Origin: Antedon mediterranea
Taxonomy: Eukaryota > Animalia > Echinodermata
NCBI RefSeq assembly: GCF_964355755.1
Contig: NC_092679.1
Coordinates: 12,755,432 to 12,819,431 of the forward strand
Reading direction: 5' to 3'
Length of the DNA: 64,000 nt
Shown here: one piece after another, positions 24,170 through 38,710 of the stretch
Layout: the number at the start of each line of letters is the position of its first letter
How positions within the stretch are numbered: the first letter of the stretch is position 1
Made by a program: the position numbers and the translations under genes
Notes under the pieces: model-generated
The model's database searches: none
The model's input: only the letters and a program-made list of their open reading frames with translations
Told to the model about the DNA's origin: nothing

Positions 24170-25773
24170 TTAGTTATCCGCATTGAGCGGATAACTCCTT
24201 GTAACTGTCCTGTTTCATCATCTTTTTTTTTTTTTTTTTTCCCTGTATTCTTCTTTCTTTCTGTCATTTTTGTGTCTCGCGTAACTCAAAAACGTGTAAA
24301 CATAACATTTCATAACTTTGTCAACATGTGGGCATTTACGTGAAATTGTGCACCTCCTATTTTTGAATGACGTCAGAGTTGCGCAACATGACTTACGCGC
24401 GTTTTTCCGAATTTCGCGTATTTAACATAGATCGAAAACCATATAACTATTTAAATTGAAACTGAAAAAAAGTTTAAGTTATATCTTGCGCTAACTGACT
24501 ATGGGGAAAAAATGGCATGTTTCACACGAAGTTACGCGCGCACGCGCGTTTAAAATTTCAAATTGCGAAAAATCAATTTCTAATCATCTTTCTACGCGTT
24601 TCATGTCATTTTAAGCATGTAAAAAATTCCCACGCGCGCGCTTTTTTTTACGTGCGCGGTGCGAACGTAGCTTTGAAAACAATTTTTCTCCCGTGATTTA
24701 TATTTTCAAGCCTTTTATAGTAATTTTACCAACTTTGAAACAATTTCGACTTCAAATTACGTCATACGGGCACGTCGAATTGGATAATTTATGTGCGTTT
24801 TTGAGGAAAAAGTTCAAAAATTTGTCAAAATTATACCTTTTTTAAACAATCATAGATTCTAAACTACGAGGTGAACTTTGTTTAAATTACATATCCAGGA
24901 AGATGATAAGTTGTAGATAAGGAATCATGCATTGATATGGCAAACCGGACATTGTGACGTCATCGTATGGCCACGCGAATATAAAATATAGGATTTTTGT
25001 ATCTTTCGTCATAGCGCATCTCATTTAATAGAGTGCCTCTCCACTTATCCGTATTCCATTTTAACCCAGATTTTGAAATTTTCTAGGTCAATCAACTATC
25101 TTACGCAAGAGTAAATTTTTTTTAAATTTCTATGACATCATCATGTCTAAAAATGTAAATAACGTGGGTCACTTATATTTATCTTTACAGTAAATTTTAA
25201 TCTGTTATAGCTCATCAGAATAAAATGTGATAATCACGATTAAAACGTTTTCTGGAAGCTATTGGATTGTAGATACGAATTCATGTAAACATTTTGCCAA
25301 TCGGATGTTGTGACGTCATCATATGGCCAGTTGAATAAATAAAGACGTATTTTCATATTTTGCGTAATAGTTCATCACATTTAAAAGGGTGCGCATCTAT
25401 ATTTTACGTATTCAAATTTCTTCTACACGTTAATATGTTGTTCCTGAGATTATTTCCTTCTGAAATTGTTATCTAAGTGTTTCATTTTGATACCGTCGCC
25501 ATGTTAAAAATTGGAATAAATGGCGGGTCCCGTAATTTCACCTATTCTACACTGTATGTAATATGTATACAGATTATACTGTTTGCATGTACCGTATATA
25601 CTATATGACACAAAATTGACAGAATTCAGCACTAACAGCATATCATATTCTTCAGTTCTTGTCATAATTCCATAATCTTTATCTGTGTGCAATATTCCAA
25701 CTTATGACGTGCACGTGGCGTTTTGTCGTGGTGCGGATAACTAACTCGTCAATGTGACGAGTTTCATGTCTAG
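24170..25773 (+). mobile_element. HINE-type element H1 (A-type), uninterrupted
   Basis: Head AGTTATCCGC-attga-GCGGATAACT; tail GCGGATAACT, actcgtca-atg-tgacgagt, CTAG. Confidence 0.9.
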
Positions 25774-25844
25774 TTGGTTATCCGCAACGAAGTTGCAGGA
25801 TAACCTCTTGTGATTGTACGAAATCATCATCATCAACATCTTTT

Positions 25845-27432
25845 TTAGTTATCCGCACTCAGCGGATAACTCCTTGTAACTGTCCTGTTTCATCATCTTT
25901 TTTTTTTTTCTGTATTATTCTTTCTTTCTGTCATTTTTGTGCAGAGCATATCTCAAAAACGTGTAAAGTTAACATTTCATAACTTTGTCAACATATGGGT
26001 ATTCACCTGAAGTTGTGCTTTTCTATTTCTGAATGACGTCAGAATTGCACAACATGACTTACGCGCGTTTTAACGAATTTCGCGTATTTAACATACATCG
26101 AAAACCATATAACAATTTAAATTGAAACTTAACAAAAGTTTTAGTTATATCTTGCGCTAACTGACTTTGTAAAAAAAATGGCATGTTTTACACGAAGTTA
26201 CGCGCGCACGCGCGTTTAAAATTTCAAAACGCGAAAAATCAATTTCTAATCCACTTTCTACGCGTTTCATGTCATTTTGAGCAGGTAAAAAATTCCCACG
26301 CGTGCGCATTTTTTTACGCGCGCCGTGCGCACGTAGCGTTGAAAACAATTTTTTTCACGTGATTTATGTTTTTCCAGCCTTTTGTAGTAATTTTACCAAC
26401 TTTAAAAACGATTTAGACTTAAAATTACGTCATACGTGCACGTCGAATTGGATAATTTACGTGGGTTTTTGATGAAAAAGGTAAAAAATTCGTTAAAATT
26501 TGTCAAAATTATGCCTTTTTTTAAATAGTCGTAATTTCTAAACTGGACGGTCAACTTTTTGTGGATGACATATTCTTGAAGTTGATGAGGTGTAGATATC
26601 GGATCATGTAATAATATGGCTAACCGGACATTGTGACGTCATCGTATGGCCACGCGAATATAAAATATAGGATTTTTGTATCTTTCATCATAGCGCATGA
26701 CATTTAATAGAGCGCATCTCCAATTATCTGTTTTCCATTTTTACCCCGATTTTTATATTATCTAGGTCAATCAACTATCTTTCGTATGAGTTAAAAATAT
26801 TTTAATTTTTATGACGTCATCATGTCTAAAAATGTAAATAACGTGGGTCACTTATTTTCGTCTTTACAGTAAATTTCAATCTGTTATAGCTCGTCAGAAT
26901 AAAACGTGATAATCATGATTAAAACGTTTTCTGGAAGCTATTGGATTGTAGATACGAATTTATGTAAACATTTTGCCAATCGGATGTTGTGACGTCATCA
27001 TATGACCAGTTAAATAAAAAAAGTCGTATTTTCATCTTTTGCGTCATAATTCATCACATTTAAAAGAGCGCGCATCAATATTTTACGTATTTAAATTTCT
27101 TCTACACATTAATATGTTGTTGCCGAGATAATTTCCTTCCGAAATTGCTATCTTAGTATTTCATTTTGATACCGTCGCTATGTTAAAAATTGGAATAAAT
27201 GGCGGGTCCAGTCATTTCACCTATTCTACACAGTATGTAATATGTATACAGATTATATTGTATATAATACGACACAAAATAACAGAATTCAGCAATAACA
27301 ACATATCATATTCTTCAGTTCAGGTCATATTGCCACAATCTTTTTCTGTGTGCAATATTCTAACGTATGACGTCTACGTGGCCTTTGTCGTGCGGATAAC
27401 TAACTCGTCAAAGTGACGAGTTACATGTCTAG
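25845..27432 (+). mobile_element. HINE-type element H3 (A-type), uninterrupted
   Basis: A-type head and tail; near-identical to 35437-37024. Confidence 0.9.
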
Positions 27433-27572
27433 TTGGTTATCCGCAACGAAGTTGCAGGATAACCTCTTGTGATTGTACGAAATCATCATCTTTTTATTTT
27501 TGGTTATCCGCAACGAAGTTGCAGGATAACCTCTTGTGATTGTACGAAATCATCATCATCATCAACTTTTTA

Positions 27573-30500
27573 TTGGTTATCCGCAACGAAGTTGCAGGAT
27601 AACCTCTTGTGATTGTACGAAATCATCAACATCAACTTTTTATTGGTTATCCGCAACGAAGTTGCAGGATAACCTCTTGTGATTGTACGAAATCATCATC
27701 ATCATCATCATCATCAACTTTTTATTCTTCTTCTTTCTTTCTGTATGATTTTTGTGTAACGCTTTTCTCTAAAACTCGCAAACATAACATTTCGGTAACT
27801 ATGTTAACATTTTGACATTTATGTAACGTCGTCAAGCGAAGCTTTTCATGATGTTTACAATTGCGCAACGTGACGTACGCGCGATTTAACGATTTTCTCG
27901 TATCTAACATATGTCGAAAACCAAATAACATTTTAAAGTGAAACTTTGCAAAAGTTTAATTTATATCATGCGCTAACTTTCTGTTGAAAAAAAATTGCGT
28001 GTTTTACACAAAGTTACGCGCGCACGCGTATTTAAAATTTCAAAATGCGCAAATTTAATTTATAATCAACTTTCTACGCGTTTTATGTCGTTTTAAGCAT
28101 GTCAAAAATTCCCACGCGTGCGCACATTTTTACGTGTGCGGTGCGCACGTAGCATTGAAAACGTATTTTTTTCGCGTGATTTATGTTTTTCCAGCCTTTT
28201 CTAGCAATTTTACCAAATTTTAAACAATTTCGACTTAAAGATACGTCATACGAGCACGTCGAATTGGACAATTTGCGCGCGTTTTTTATGAAAAGGTTAA
28301 AAAATTCGTTTAAAATATGCCTTTTTTTAAACAGTCGTAATTTCTAAACTAGACGGTCAACTTTTTGTGGATGACATATTCTGGAAGTAGATGAGTTGTA
28401 GATATCGGATCAGGTATTAATATGGCTAACCGGACATTGTGACGTCATCGTATGGCCACGCGAATATAAAATTTAGGATTTTTGTATCTTTCGTCATAAC
28501 TCATCACATTGAATAGAGCGCATCTCCACCTATTCGTTTTCCATTTTCACCCTGATTTTGATATTGTCTAGGTCAATCAACTATCTTTCGCATGAGTTAA
28601 AAATATTTTAATTTTTTTGACGTCATCATGCCTAAAAATTTAAATCACGTGTGGCATCAATTTCATCTTTACAGTAAATTTTAATCTGTTATAGCTCGTA
28701 AGAATAAAATGTGATAATCACGATTAAAACTTTTTCTGGAAGCTATTGGACTGTAGATACGAAATTATGTAAAAATGTTGCCAATCGGATGTTGTGACGT
28801 CATCATATGGCCAGTTAAATAAAAAAGGTCGTATTTTCATCTTTTGCGTCATAATTCATTACATTTAAAAGAGCGCGCATCAATATTTCACGTATTCAAA
28901 TTTCTTCTACACGCTAATACGTTGTTGCTGAGATAATTTCCTTTCGGAATTGCTACCTTCGCGTTTTATTTTAAAACCGTCAACATGTTAAAAATTGCAA
29001 TAAATAGCAGGTCCCGTAATTTCACCTATTCTACACTGTATGTCACTGTATGTGATATGGATACAGAATATACTGTGTATACTATATATGAATTTAAATA
29101 ATAAAATTCAGCAATAACAACATATCATATTCTTCAGTTCAGATCATAATGCCAACGTGAACACTTCCTTTTGTCCTCAACCTATCCCCTTAATGTTAAT
29201 GTTGCACCACTTGCGCGGCGGATAACCAAACTCGTCAAAGTGACGAGTTACATGTCTAGTTTGTCTTCTTTCTTTCTGTATGATTTTTGTGGATCGCTTT
29301 TCTCTAAAACTTGCAAACATAACATTTTGTAACTTTCTCAACATATCGTCATGCACATGAAGATGTGCAGCGAAGCTTTTCATGATGTTTACAATTGCGC
29401 AACGTGACTTACGTGCGATTTAACGATTTTGTCGTATTTAACATAGCTTGACAACCAAATAACATTTCAACTTGAAACTTTGCAAAAGTTTAATTTATAT
29501 CATGCGCTAACTTTCTGTTGAAAAAAAATTGCGAGTTTTACACAAAGTTACGCGCGCACGCGCATTTAAAATTTCAAAATGCGCAAAATTAATTTATAAT
29601 CAACTTTCTACGCGTTTCATGTCGTTTTAAGCATGTCAAAAATTCCCACGCGTGCGCACATTTTTACGTGTGCGGTGCGCACGTAGCATTGAAAACGTAT
29701 TTTTTTCGCGTGATTTATGTTTTTCCAGCCTTTTCTAGTAATTTTACCAAATTTTAAACAATTTCGACTTAAAGATACGTCATACGAGCACGTCGAATTG
29801 GACAATTTGCGCGCGTTTTTTATGAAAAGGTTAAAAAATTCGTTTAAAATATGCCTTTTTTTAAACAGTCGTAATTTCTAAACTAGACGGTCAACTTTTT
29901 GTGGATGACATATTCTGGAATTAGATGAGTTTTAGATATCGGATCAGGTTTTAATATGGCTAACCGGACATTGTGACGTCATCGTCTGGCCACGCGAATA
30001 TAAAATTTAGGATTTTTTTATCTTTTGTCATAGCTCATCACATTGAATAGAGCGCATCTCCACTTCTCCGTTTTCCATTTTCACCCCGATTTTGATATTG
30101 TCTAGGTCAATCAACTATCTTTCGCATGAGTTAAAATTATTTTAATTTTTTTGACGTCATCATGCCTAAAAATTTAAATCACGTGTGGCATCAATTTCAT
30201 CTTTACAGTAAATTTTAATCTGTTATAGCTCGTAAGAATAAAATGTGATAATCACGATTAAAACTTTTTCTGGAAGCTATTGGATTGTAGATACGAAATT
30301 ATGTAAAAATGTTGCCCATTGGATGTTGTGACGTCATCATATGGCCAGTTAAATAAAAAAGGTCGTATTTTCATCTTTTGCGTCATAATTCATTACATGT
30401 AAAAGAGCGCGCATCAATATTTCACGTATTCAAATTTCTTCTACATGCTAATACGTTGTTGCTGAGATAATTTCCTTTCGGAAATGCTACCTTTGCGTTT

Positions 30501-30782
30501 CATTTTAAAACCGTCAACATGTTAAAAATTGCAATAAATAGCGGGTCCGTAATTTCACCTATTCTACACTGTATGTGATATGGATACAGATTATACTGTG
30601 TATACTATATATGAATTTAAATAATAAAATTCAGCAATAACAACATATCATATTCTTCAGTTCAGGTCATAATGCCAACGTGAACACTTCCTTTTGTCCT
30701 CAACCTATCCCCTTAATGTTAATGTTGCACCACTTGCGCGGCGGATAACCAAACTCGTCAAAGTGACGAGTTACATGTCTAG
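27573..30782 (+). mobile_element. HINE-type element H6 (G-type); body 29260-30782; hosts H7
   Basis: G-type head and headless G-type body. Confidence 0.8.
27643..29259 (+). mobile_element. HINE-type element H7 (G-type), uninterrupted, innermost
   Basis: Head GGTTATCCGCAAC-GAA-GTTGCAGGATAACC, (CAT)n; tail GCGGATAACC, hairpin, CTAG. Confidence 0.9.
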
Positions 30783-32307
30783 TTCTTCTTCTTTCTTTCT
30801 GTATGATTTTTGTGTAACGCTTTTCTCTGAAACTTGCAAACATAACATTTTGTTAACTATGTTAACATTTTGACATTTATGTAACGTCGTCAAGCGAAGC
30901 TTTTCATGATGTTTACAATTGCGCAAAGTGACGTACGCGCGATTTAACGATTTTCTCGTATTGAACATATGTCGAAAACCAAATAACATTTCAACTTGAA
31001 ACTTTGCAAAAGTTTAATTTATATCATGCGCTAACTTTCTGTTGAAAAAAAATTGCGTGTTTTACACAAAGTTACGCGCGCACGCGCATTTAAAATTTCA
31101 AAATGCGCGAAACTAATTTATAATCAACTTTCTACGCGTTTCATGTCGTTTTAAGCATGTAAAAAATTCCCACGCGTGCGCACATTTTTACGTGTGCGGT
31201 GCGCACGTAGCATTGAAAACGTATTTTTTTCGCGTGATTTATGTTTTTCCAGCCTTTTCATGTAATTTTACCAAATTTTTAACAATTTCGACTTAAAGAT
31301 ACGTCATACGAGCACGTCGAATTGGACAATTTGCGCGCGTTTTTTATGAAAAGGTTAAAAAATTCGTTTAAAATATGCCTTTTTTTAAACAGTCGTAATT
31401 TCTAAACTAAACGGTCAACTTTTTGTGGATGGCATATTCTGGAAGTAGATGAGTTGTAGATATCGGATCAGGTATTAATATGGCTAACCGGACATTGTGA
31501 CGTCATCGTATGGCCACGCGAATATAAAATTTAGGATTTTTGTATCTTTCGTCATAGCTCATCACATTGAATAGAGCGCATCTCCACTTATCCGTTTTCC
31601 ATTTTCACCCCGATTTTGATATTGTCTAGGTCAATCAACTATCTTTCGCATGAGTGAAAAATATTTTAATTTTTATGACGTCATCATGCCTAAAAATTGA
31701 AATCACGTGTGGCATCAATTTCATCTTTACAGTAAATTTTAATCTGTTATAGCTCGTAAGAATAAAATGTGATAATCACGATTAAAACTTTTTCTGGAAG
31801 CTATTGGATTGTAGATACGAAATTATGTTAAAATGTTGCCAATCGGATGTTGTGACGTCATCATATGGCCAGTTAAATAAAAAAGGTCGTATTTTCATCT
31901 TTTGCGTCATAATTCATTACATTTAAAAGAGCGCGCATCAATATTTCACGTATTCAAATTTCTTCTACACGCTAATACGTTGTTGCTGAGATAATTTACT
32001 TTCGGAATTGCTACCTTCGCGTTTCATTTTAAAACCGTCAACATGTTAAAAATTGCAATAAATAGCGGGTCCCGTAATTTCACCTATTCTACACTGTATG
32101 TGATATGGATACAGATTAGACTGTGTATACTATATATGAATTTAAATAATAAAATTCAGCAATAACAACATATCATATTCTTCAGTTCAGGTCATAATGC
32201 CAACGTGAACACTTCCTTTTGTCCTCAACCTATCCCCTTAATGTTAATGTTGCACCACTTGCGCGGCGGATAACCAAACTCGTCAAAGTGACGAGTTACA
32301 TGTCTAG

Positions 32308-33914
32308 TTGGTTATCCGCAACGAAGTTGCAGGATAACCTCTTGTGATTGTACGAAATCATCATCAACATCTTTTTCTTAATCTTCTTTCTTTCTGTATG
32401 ATTTTTGTGTAACGCTTTTCTCTAAAACTTGCAAACATAACATTTTGTTAACTATGTTAACATTTTGATATTTATGTAACGTCGTCAAGCGAAGCTTTTC
32501 ATGATGTTTACAATTGCGCAACGTGACGTACGCGCGATTTAACGATTTTCTCGTATTTAACATATGTCGAAAACCAAATAACATTTTAAAGTGAATTACT
32601 TTGCAAAAGTTTAATTTATATCATGCGCTAACTTTCTGTTGAAAAAAAATTGCGTGTTTTACACAAAGTTACGCGCGCACGCGCATTTAAAATTTCAAAA
32701 TGCGCAAAATTAATTTATAATCAACTTTCTACGCGTTTCATGTCGTTTTAAGCATGTCAAAAATTCCCACGAGTGCGCACATTTTTACGTGTGCGGTGCG
32801 CACGTAGCATTGAAAACGTATTTTTTTTGCGTGATTTATGTTTTTCCAGCCTTTTCTAGTAATTTTACCAAATTTTAAACAATTTCGACTTAAAGATACG
32901 TCATACGAGCACGTCGAATTGGACAATTTGCGCGCGTTTTTTATGAAAAGGTTAAAAAATTCGTTTAAAATATGCCTTTTTTTAAACAGTCGTAATTTCT
33001 AAACTAGACGGTCAACTTTTTGTGGATGACATATTCTGGAAGTAGATGAGTTGTAGGTATCGGATCAGGTATTAATATGGTTAACCGGACATTGTGACGT
33101 CATCGTATGGCCACGCGAATACAAAATTTAGGATTTTTGTATCTTTCGTCATAGCTCATCACATTGAATAGAGCGCATCTCCACTTATTCGTTTTCCATT
33201 TTCACCCCGATTTTGATATTGTCTAGGTCAATCAACTATCTTTCGCATGAGTTAAAAATATTTTAATTTTTTTGACGTCATCATGCCTAAAAATTTAAAT
33301 CACGTGTGGCATCAATTTCATCTTTACAGTAAATTTTAATCTGTTATAGCTCGTAAGAATAAAATGTGATAATCACGATTAAAACTTTTTCTGGAAGCTA
33401 TTGGATTGTAGATACGAAATTATGTAAAAATGTTGCCCATCGGATGTTGTGACGTCATCATATGGCCAGTTAAATAAAAAAGGTCGTATTTTCATCTTTT
33501 GCGTCATAATTCATTACATTTAAAAGAGCGCGCATCAATATTTCACGTATTCAAATTTCTTCTACACGCTAATACGTTGTTGCTGAGATAATTTCCTTTC
33601 GGAATTGCTACCTTCGCGTTTCATTTTTAAACCGTCAACATGTTAAAAATTGCAATAAATAGCGGGTCCCGTAATTTCACCTATTCTACACTGTATGTCA
33701 CTGTATGTGATATGGATACAGATTATACTGTGTATACTATATATGAATTTAAATAATAAAATTCAGCAATAACAACATATCATATTGTTCAGTTCAGGTC
33801 ATAATGCCAACGTGAACACTTCCTTTTGTCCTCAACCTATCTCCTTAATGTTAATGTTGCACCACTTGCGCGGCGGATAACCAAACTCGTCAAAGTGACG
33901 AGTTACATGTCTAG
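32308..33914 (+). mobile_element. HINE-type element H8 (G-type), uninterrupted
   Basis: G-type head and tail. Confidence 0.9.
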
Positions 33915-35436
33915 TTCTTCTTTCTTTCTGTATGATTTTTGTGTAACGCTTTTCTCTAAAACTCGCAAACATAACATTTCGGTAACTATCTTAACATATT
34001 GACATTTACGTAACGTCGTCAAGCGAAGCTTTTCATGATGTTTGCAATTGCGCAACGTGACGTACGCGCGATTTAACGATTTTCTCGTATTTAACATATG
34101 TTGAAAACCAAATAACATTTCAACTTGAAACTTCGCAAAAGTTTAATTTATATCATGCGCTAACTTTATGTTGAAAAAAAATTGCGTGTTTTACACAAAG
34201 TTACGCTCGCACGCGCATTTAAAATTTCAAAATGCGCAAAATTAATTTCTAATCAACTTTCTACGCGTTTCATGTCGTGTTAAGCATGTCAAAAATTCCC
34301 ACGCGTGCGCACATTTTTACGTGTGCGGTGCGCACGTAGCATTGAAAACGTATTTTTTTCGCGTGATTTATGTTTTTCCAGCCTTTTCTAGTAATTTTAA
34401 CCAATTTTAAACAATTTCGACTTAAAGATACGTCATACGAGCACGTCGAATTGGACAATTTGCGCGCGTTTTTTATGAAAAGGTTAAAAAATTCGTTTAA
34501 AATATGCCTTTTTTTAAACAGTCGTAATTTCTAAACTAGACGGTCAAATTTTTGTGGATGACATATTCTAGAAGTAGATGAGTTGTAGATATCGGATCAG
34601 GTATTAATATGGCTAACGGGACATTGTGACGTCATCGTATGGTCACGCGAATATAAAATTTAGGATTTTTGTATCTTTCGTCATAGCTCATCACATTGAA
34701 TAGAGCGCATCTCCACTTATCCGTTTTCCATTTTCACCCCGATTTTGATATTGTGTAGGTCAATCAACTATCTTTCGCATGAGTTAAAAATATTTTAATT
34801 TTTTTGACGTCATCATGCCTAAAAATTTAAATCACATGTGGCATCAATTTCATCTTTACAGTAAATTTTAATCTGTTATAGCTCGTAAGAATAAAATGTG
34901 ATAATCACGATTAAAACTTTTTCTGGAAGCTATTGGATTGTAGATACGAAATTATGTAAAAATGTTGCCAATCGGATGTTGTGACGTCATCATATGGCCA
35001 GTTAAATAAAAAAGGTCGTATTTTCATCTTTTGCGTCATAATTCATTACATTTAAACGAGCGCGCATCAATATTTCACGTATTCAAATTTCTTCTACACG
35101 CTAATACGTTGTTGCTGAGATAATTTCCTTTCGGAATTGCTACCTTCGCGTTTCATTTTAAAACCGTAAACATGTTAAAAATTGCAATAAATAGCGGGTC
35201 CCGTAATTTCACCTATTCTACACTGTATGTGATATGGATACAGATTATACTGTGTATACTATATATGAATTTAAACAATAAAATTCAGCAATAACAACAT
35301 ATCATATTCTTCAGTTCAGGTCATAATGTCAACGTGAACACTTCCTTTTGTCCTCAACCTATCCCCTTAATGTTAATGTTGCACCACTTGCGCGGCGGAT
35401 AACCAAACTCGTCAAAGTGACGAGTTACATGTCTAG

Positions 35437-37024
35437 TTAGTTATCCGCACTCAGCGGATAACTCCTTGTAACTGTCCTGTTTCATCATCTTTTTTTTTTT
35501 TCTGTATTATTCTTTCTTTCTGTCATTTTTGTGCAGAGCATATCTCAAAAACGTGTAAAGTTAACATTTCATAACTTTGTCAACATATGGGTATTCACCT
35601 GAAGTTGTGCTTTTCTATTTCTGAATGACGTCAGAATTGCACAACATGACTTACGCGCGTTTTAACGAATTTCGCGTATTTAACATACATCGAAAACCAT
35701 ATAACAATTTAAATTGAAACTTAACAAAAGTTTTAGTTATATCTTGCGCTAACTGACTTTGTAAAAAAAATGGCATGTTTTACACGAAGTTACGCGCGCA
35801 CGCGCGTTTAAAATTTCAAAACGCGAAAAATCAATTTCTAATCCACTTTCTACGCGTTTCATGTCATTTTGAGCAGGTAAAAAATTCCCACGCGTGCGCA
35901 TTTTTTTACGCGCGCCGTGCGCACGTAGCGTTGAAAACAATTTTTTTCACGTGATTTATGTTTTTCCAGCCTTTTGTAGTAATTTTACCAACTTTAAAAA
36001 CGATTTAGACTTAAAATTACGTCATACGTGCACGTCGAATTGGATAATTTACGTGGGTTTTTGATGAAAAAGGTAAAAAATTCGTTAAAATTTGTCAAAA
36101 TTATGCCTTTTTTTAAATAGTCGTAATTTCTAAACTGGACGGTCAACTTTTTGTGGATGACATATTCTTGAAGTTGATGAGGTGTAGATATCGGATCATG
36201 TAATAATATGGCTAACCGGACATTGTGACGTCATCGTATGGCCACGCGAATATAAAATATAGGATTTTTGTATCTTTCATCATAGCGCATGACATTTAAT
36301 AGAGCGCATCTCCAATTATCTGTTTTCCATTTTTACCCCGATTTTTATATTATCTAGGTCAATCAACTATCTTTCGTATGAGTTAAAAATATTTTAATTT
36401 TTATGACGTCATCATGTCTAAAAATGTAAATAACGTGGGTCACTTATTTTCGTCTTTACAGTAAATTTCAATCTGTTATAGCTCGTCAGAATAAAACGTG
36501 ATAATCATGATTAAAACGTTTTCTGGAAGCTATTGGATTGTAGATACGAATTTATGTAAACATTTTGCCAATCGGATGTTGTGACGTCATCATATGACCA
36601 GTTAAATAAAAAAAGTCGTATTTTCATCTTTTGCGTCATAATTCATCACATTTAAAAGAGCGCGCATCAATATTTTACGTATTTAAATTTCTTCTACACA
36701 TTAATATGTTGTTGCCGAGATAATTTCCTTCCGAAATTGCTATCTTAGTATTTCATTTTGATACCGTCGCTATGTTAAAAATTGGAATAAATGGCGGGTC
36801 CAGTCATTTCACCTATTCTACACAGTATGTAATATGTATACAGATTATATTGTATATAATACGACACAAAATAACAGAATTCAGCAATAACAACATATCA
36901 TATTCTTCAGTTCAGGTCATATTGCCACAATCTTTTTCTGTGTGCAATATTCTAACGTATGACGTCTACGTGGCCTTTGTCGTGCGGATAACTAACTCGT
37001 CAAAGTGACGAGTTACATGTCTAG
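35437..37024 (+). mobile_element. HINE-type element H9 (A-type), uninterrupted
   Basis: A-type head and tail; its incidental ORFs are identical to those of H3. Confidence 0.9.
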
Positions 37025-38710
37025 TCTTAATCTTCTTTCTTTCTGTATGATTTTTGTGTAACGCTTTTCTCTAAAACTTGCAAACATAACATTTTGTTAA
37101 CTATGTTAACATTTTGACATTTATGTAACGTCGTCAAGCGAAGCTTTTCATGATGTTTACAATTGCGCAACGTGACGTACGCGCGATTTAACGATTTTCT
37201 TGTATTTAACATATGTCGAAAACCAAATAACATTTTAAAGTGAAACTTTGCAAAAGTTTAATTTATATCATGCGCTAACTTTCTGTTGAAAAAAAATTGC
37301 GTGTTTTACACAAAGTTACGCGCGCACGCGCATTTAAAATTTCAAAATGTGCAAAATTAATTTATAATCAACTTTCTTCGCGTTTCAAGTCGTGTTAAGC
37401 ATGTCAAAAATTCCCACGCGTGCGCAAATTTTTACGTGTGCGGTGCGCACGTAGCATTGAAACGTATTTTTTTCGCGTGATTTATGTTTTTCCAGCCTTT
37501 TCTAGTAATTTTACCAAATTTTAAACAATTTCGACTTAAAGATACGTCATACGAGCACGTCGAATTGGACAATTTGCGCGCGTTTTTTATGAAAAGGTTA
37601 AAAAATTCGTTTAAAATATGCCTTTTTTTAAACAGTCGTAATTTCTAAACTAGACGGTCAAATTTTTGTGGATGACATATTCTAGAAGTAGATGAGTTGT
37701 AGAGATCGGATCAGGTATTAATATGGCTAACCGGACATTGTGACGTCATCGTATGGTCACGCGAATATAAAATTTAGGATTTTTGTATCTTTCGTCATAG
37801 CTCATCACATTGAATAGAGCGCATCTCCATTTATCCGTTTTCCATTTTCACCCCGATTTTGATATTGTGTAGGTCAATCAACTATCTTTCGCATGAGTTA
37901 AAAATATTTTAATTTTTTTGACGTCATCATGCCTAAAAATTTAAATCACGTATGGCATCAATTTCCTCTTTACCGTAAATTTTATTCTGTTATAGCTCGT
38001 AAGAATAAAATGTGATAATCACGATTAAAACTTTTTCTGGAAGCTATTGGATTGTAGATACGAAATTATGTAAAAATGTTGCCCATCGGATGTTGTGACG
38101 TCATCATATGGCCAGTTAAATAAAAAAGGTCGTATTTTCATCTTTTGCGTCATAATTCATTACATTTAAAAGAGCGCGCATCAATATTTCACGTATTCAA
38201 ATTTCTTCTAAACGCTAATACGTTGTTGCTGAGATAATTTCCTTTCGGAATTGCTACCTTCGCGTTTCATTTTAAAACCGTCAACATGTTAAAAATTGCA
38301 ATAAATAGCGGGTCCCGTAATTTCACCTATTCTACACTGTATGTGATATGGATACCGATTATACTGTGTATACTATATATGAATTTAAATAATAAAATTC
38401 AGCAATAACAACATATCATATTCTTCAGTTCAGGTCATAATGCCAACGTGAACACTTCCTTTTGTCCTCAACCTATCCCCTTAATGTTAATGTTGCACCA
38501 CTTGCGCGGCGGATAACCAAACTCGTCAAAGTGACGAGTTACATGTCTAGTTAGTTATCCGCACTATGGCGGATAACTCCTTGTAACTGTCCTGTTTCAT
38601 CATCTTTTTTTTTTTTTTTTTCTGTATTATTAGTTATCCGCTTAGTAGCGGATAACTCCTTGTAATCGTCCTGTTTCATCATATTTTTTTTTTTTTCTGT
38701 ATTATACTTA

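Larger units (their letters stand above)
27500..32307 (+). mobile_element. HINE-type element H5 (G-type); body 30783-32307; hosts H6
   Basis: The rejoined junction aacttttta+ttcttcttctttc equals the intact H7 sequence. Confidence 0.8.
27433..35436 (+). mobile_element. HINE-type element H4 (G-type); body 33915-35436; hosts H5 and H8
   Basis: G-type head; a headless G-type body closes it. Confidence 0.8.
25774..38550 (+). mobile_element. HINE-type element H2 (G-type); head 25774-25844, body 37025-38550; hosts H3, H4 and H9
   Basis: The rejoined junction catctttt+tcttaatcttc equals the intact H8 sequence. G-type tail GCGGATAACC. Confidence 0.85.

Noticed and set aside
27433-27720. CRISPR-like or simple tandem repeat of ~70-bp hairpin units (also 38551-38850)
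   Set aside because: There are no unique spacers or cas genes and the context is eukaryotic. The units are stacked 5' ends whose bodies follow downstream.
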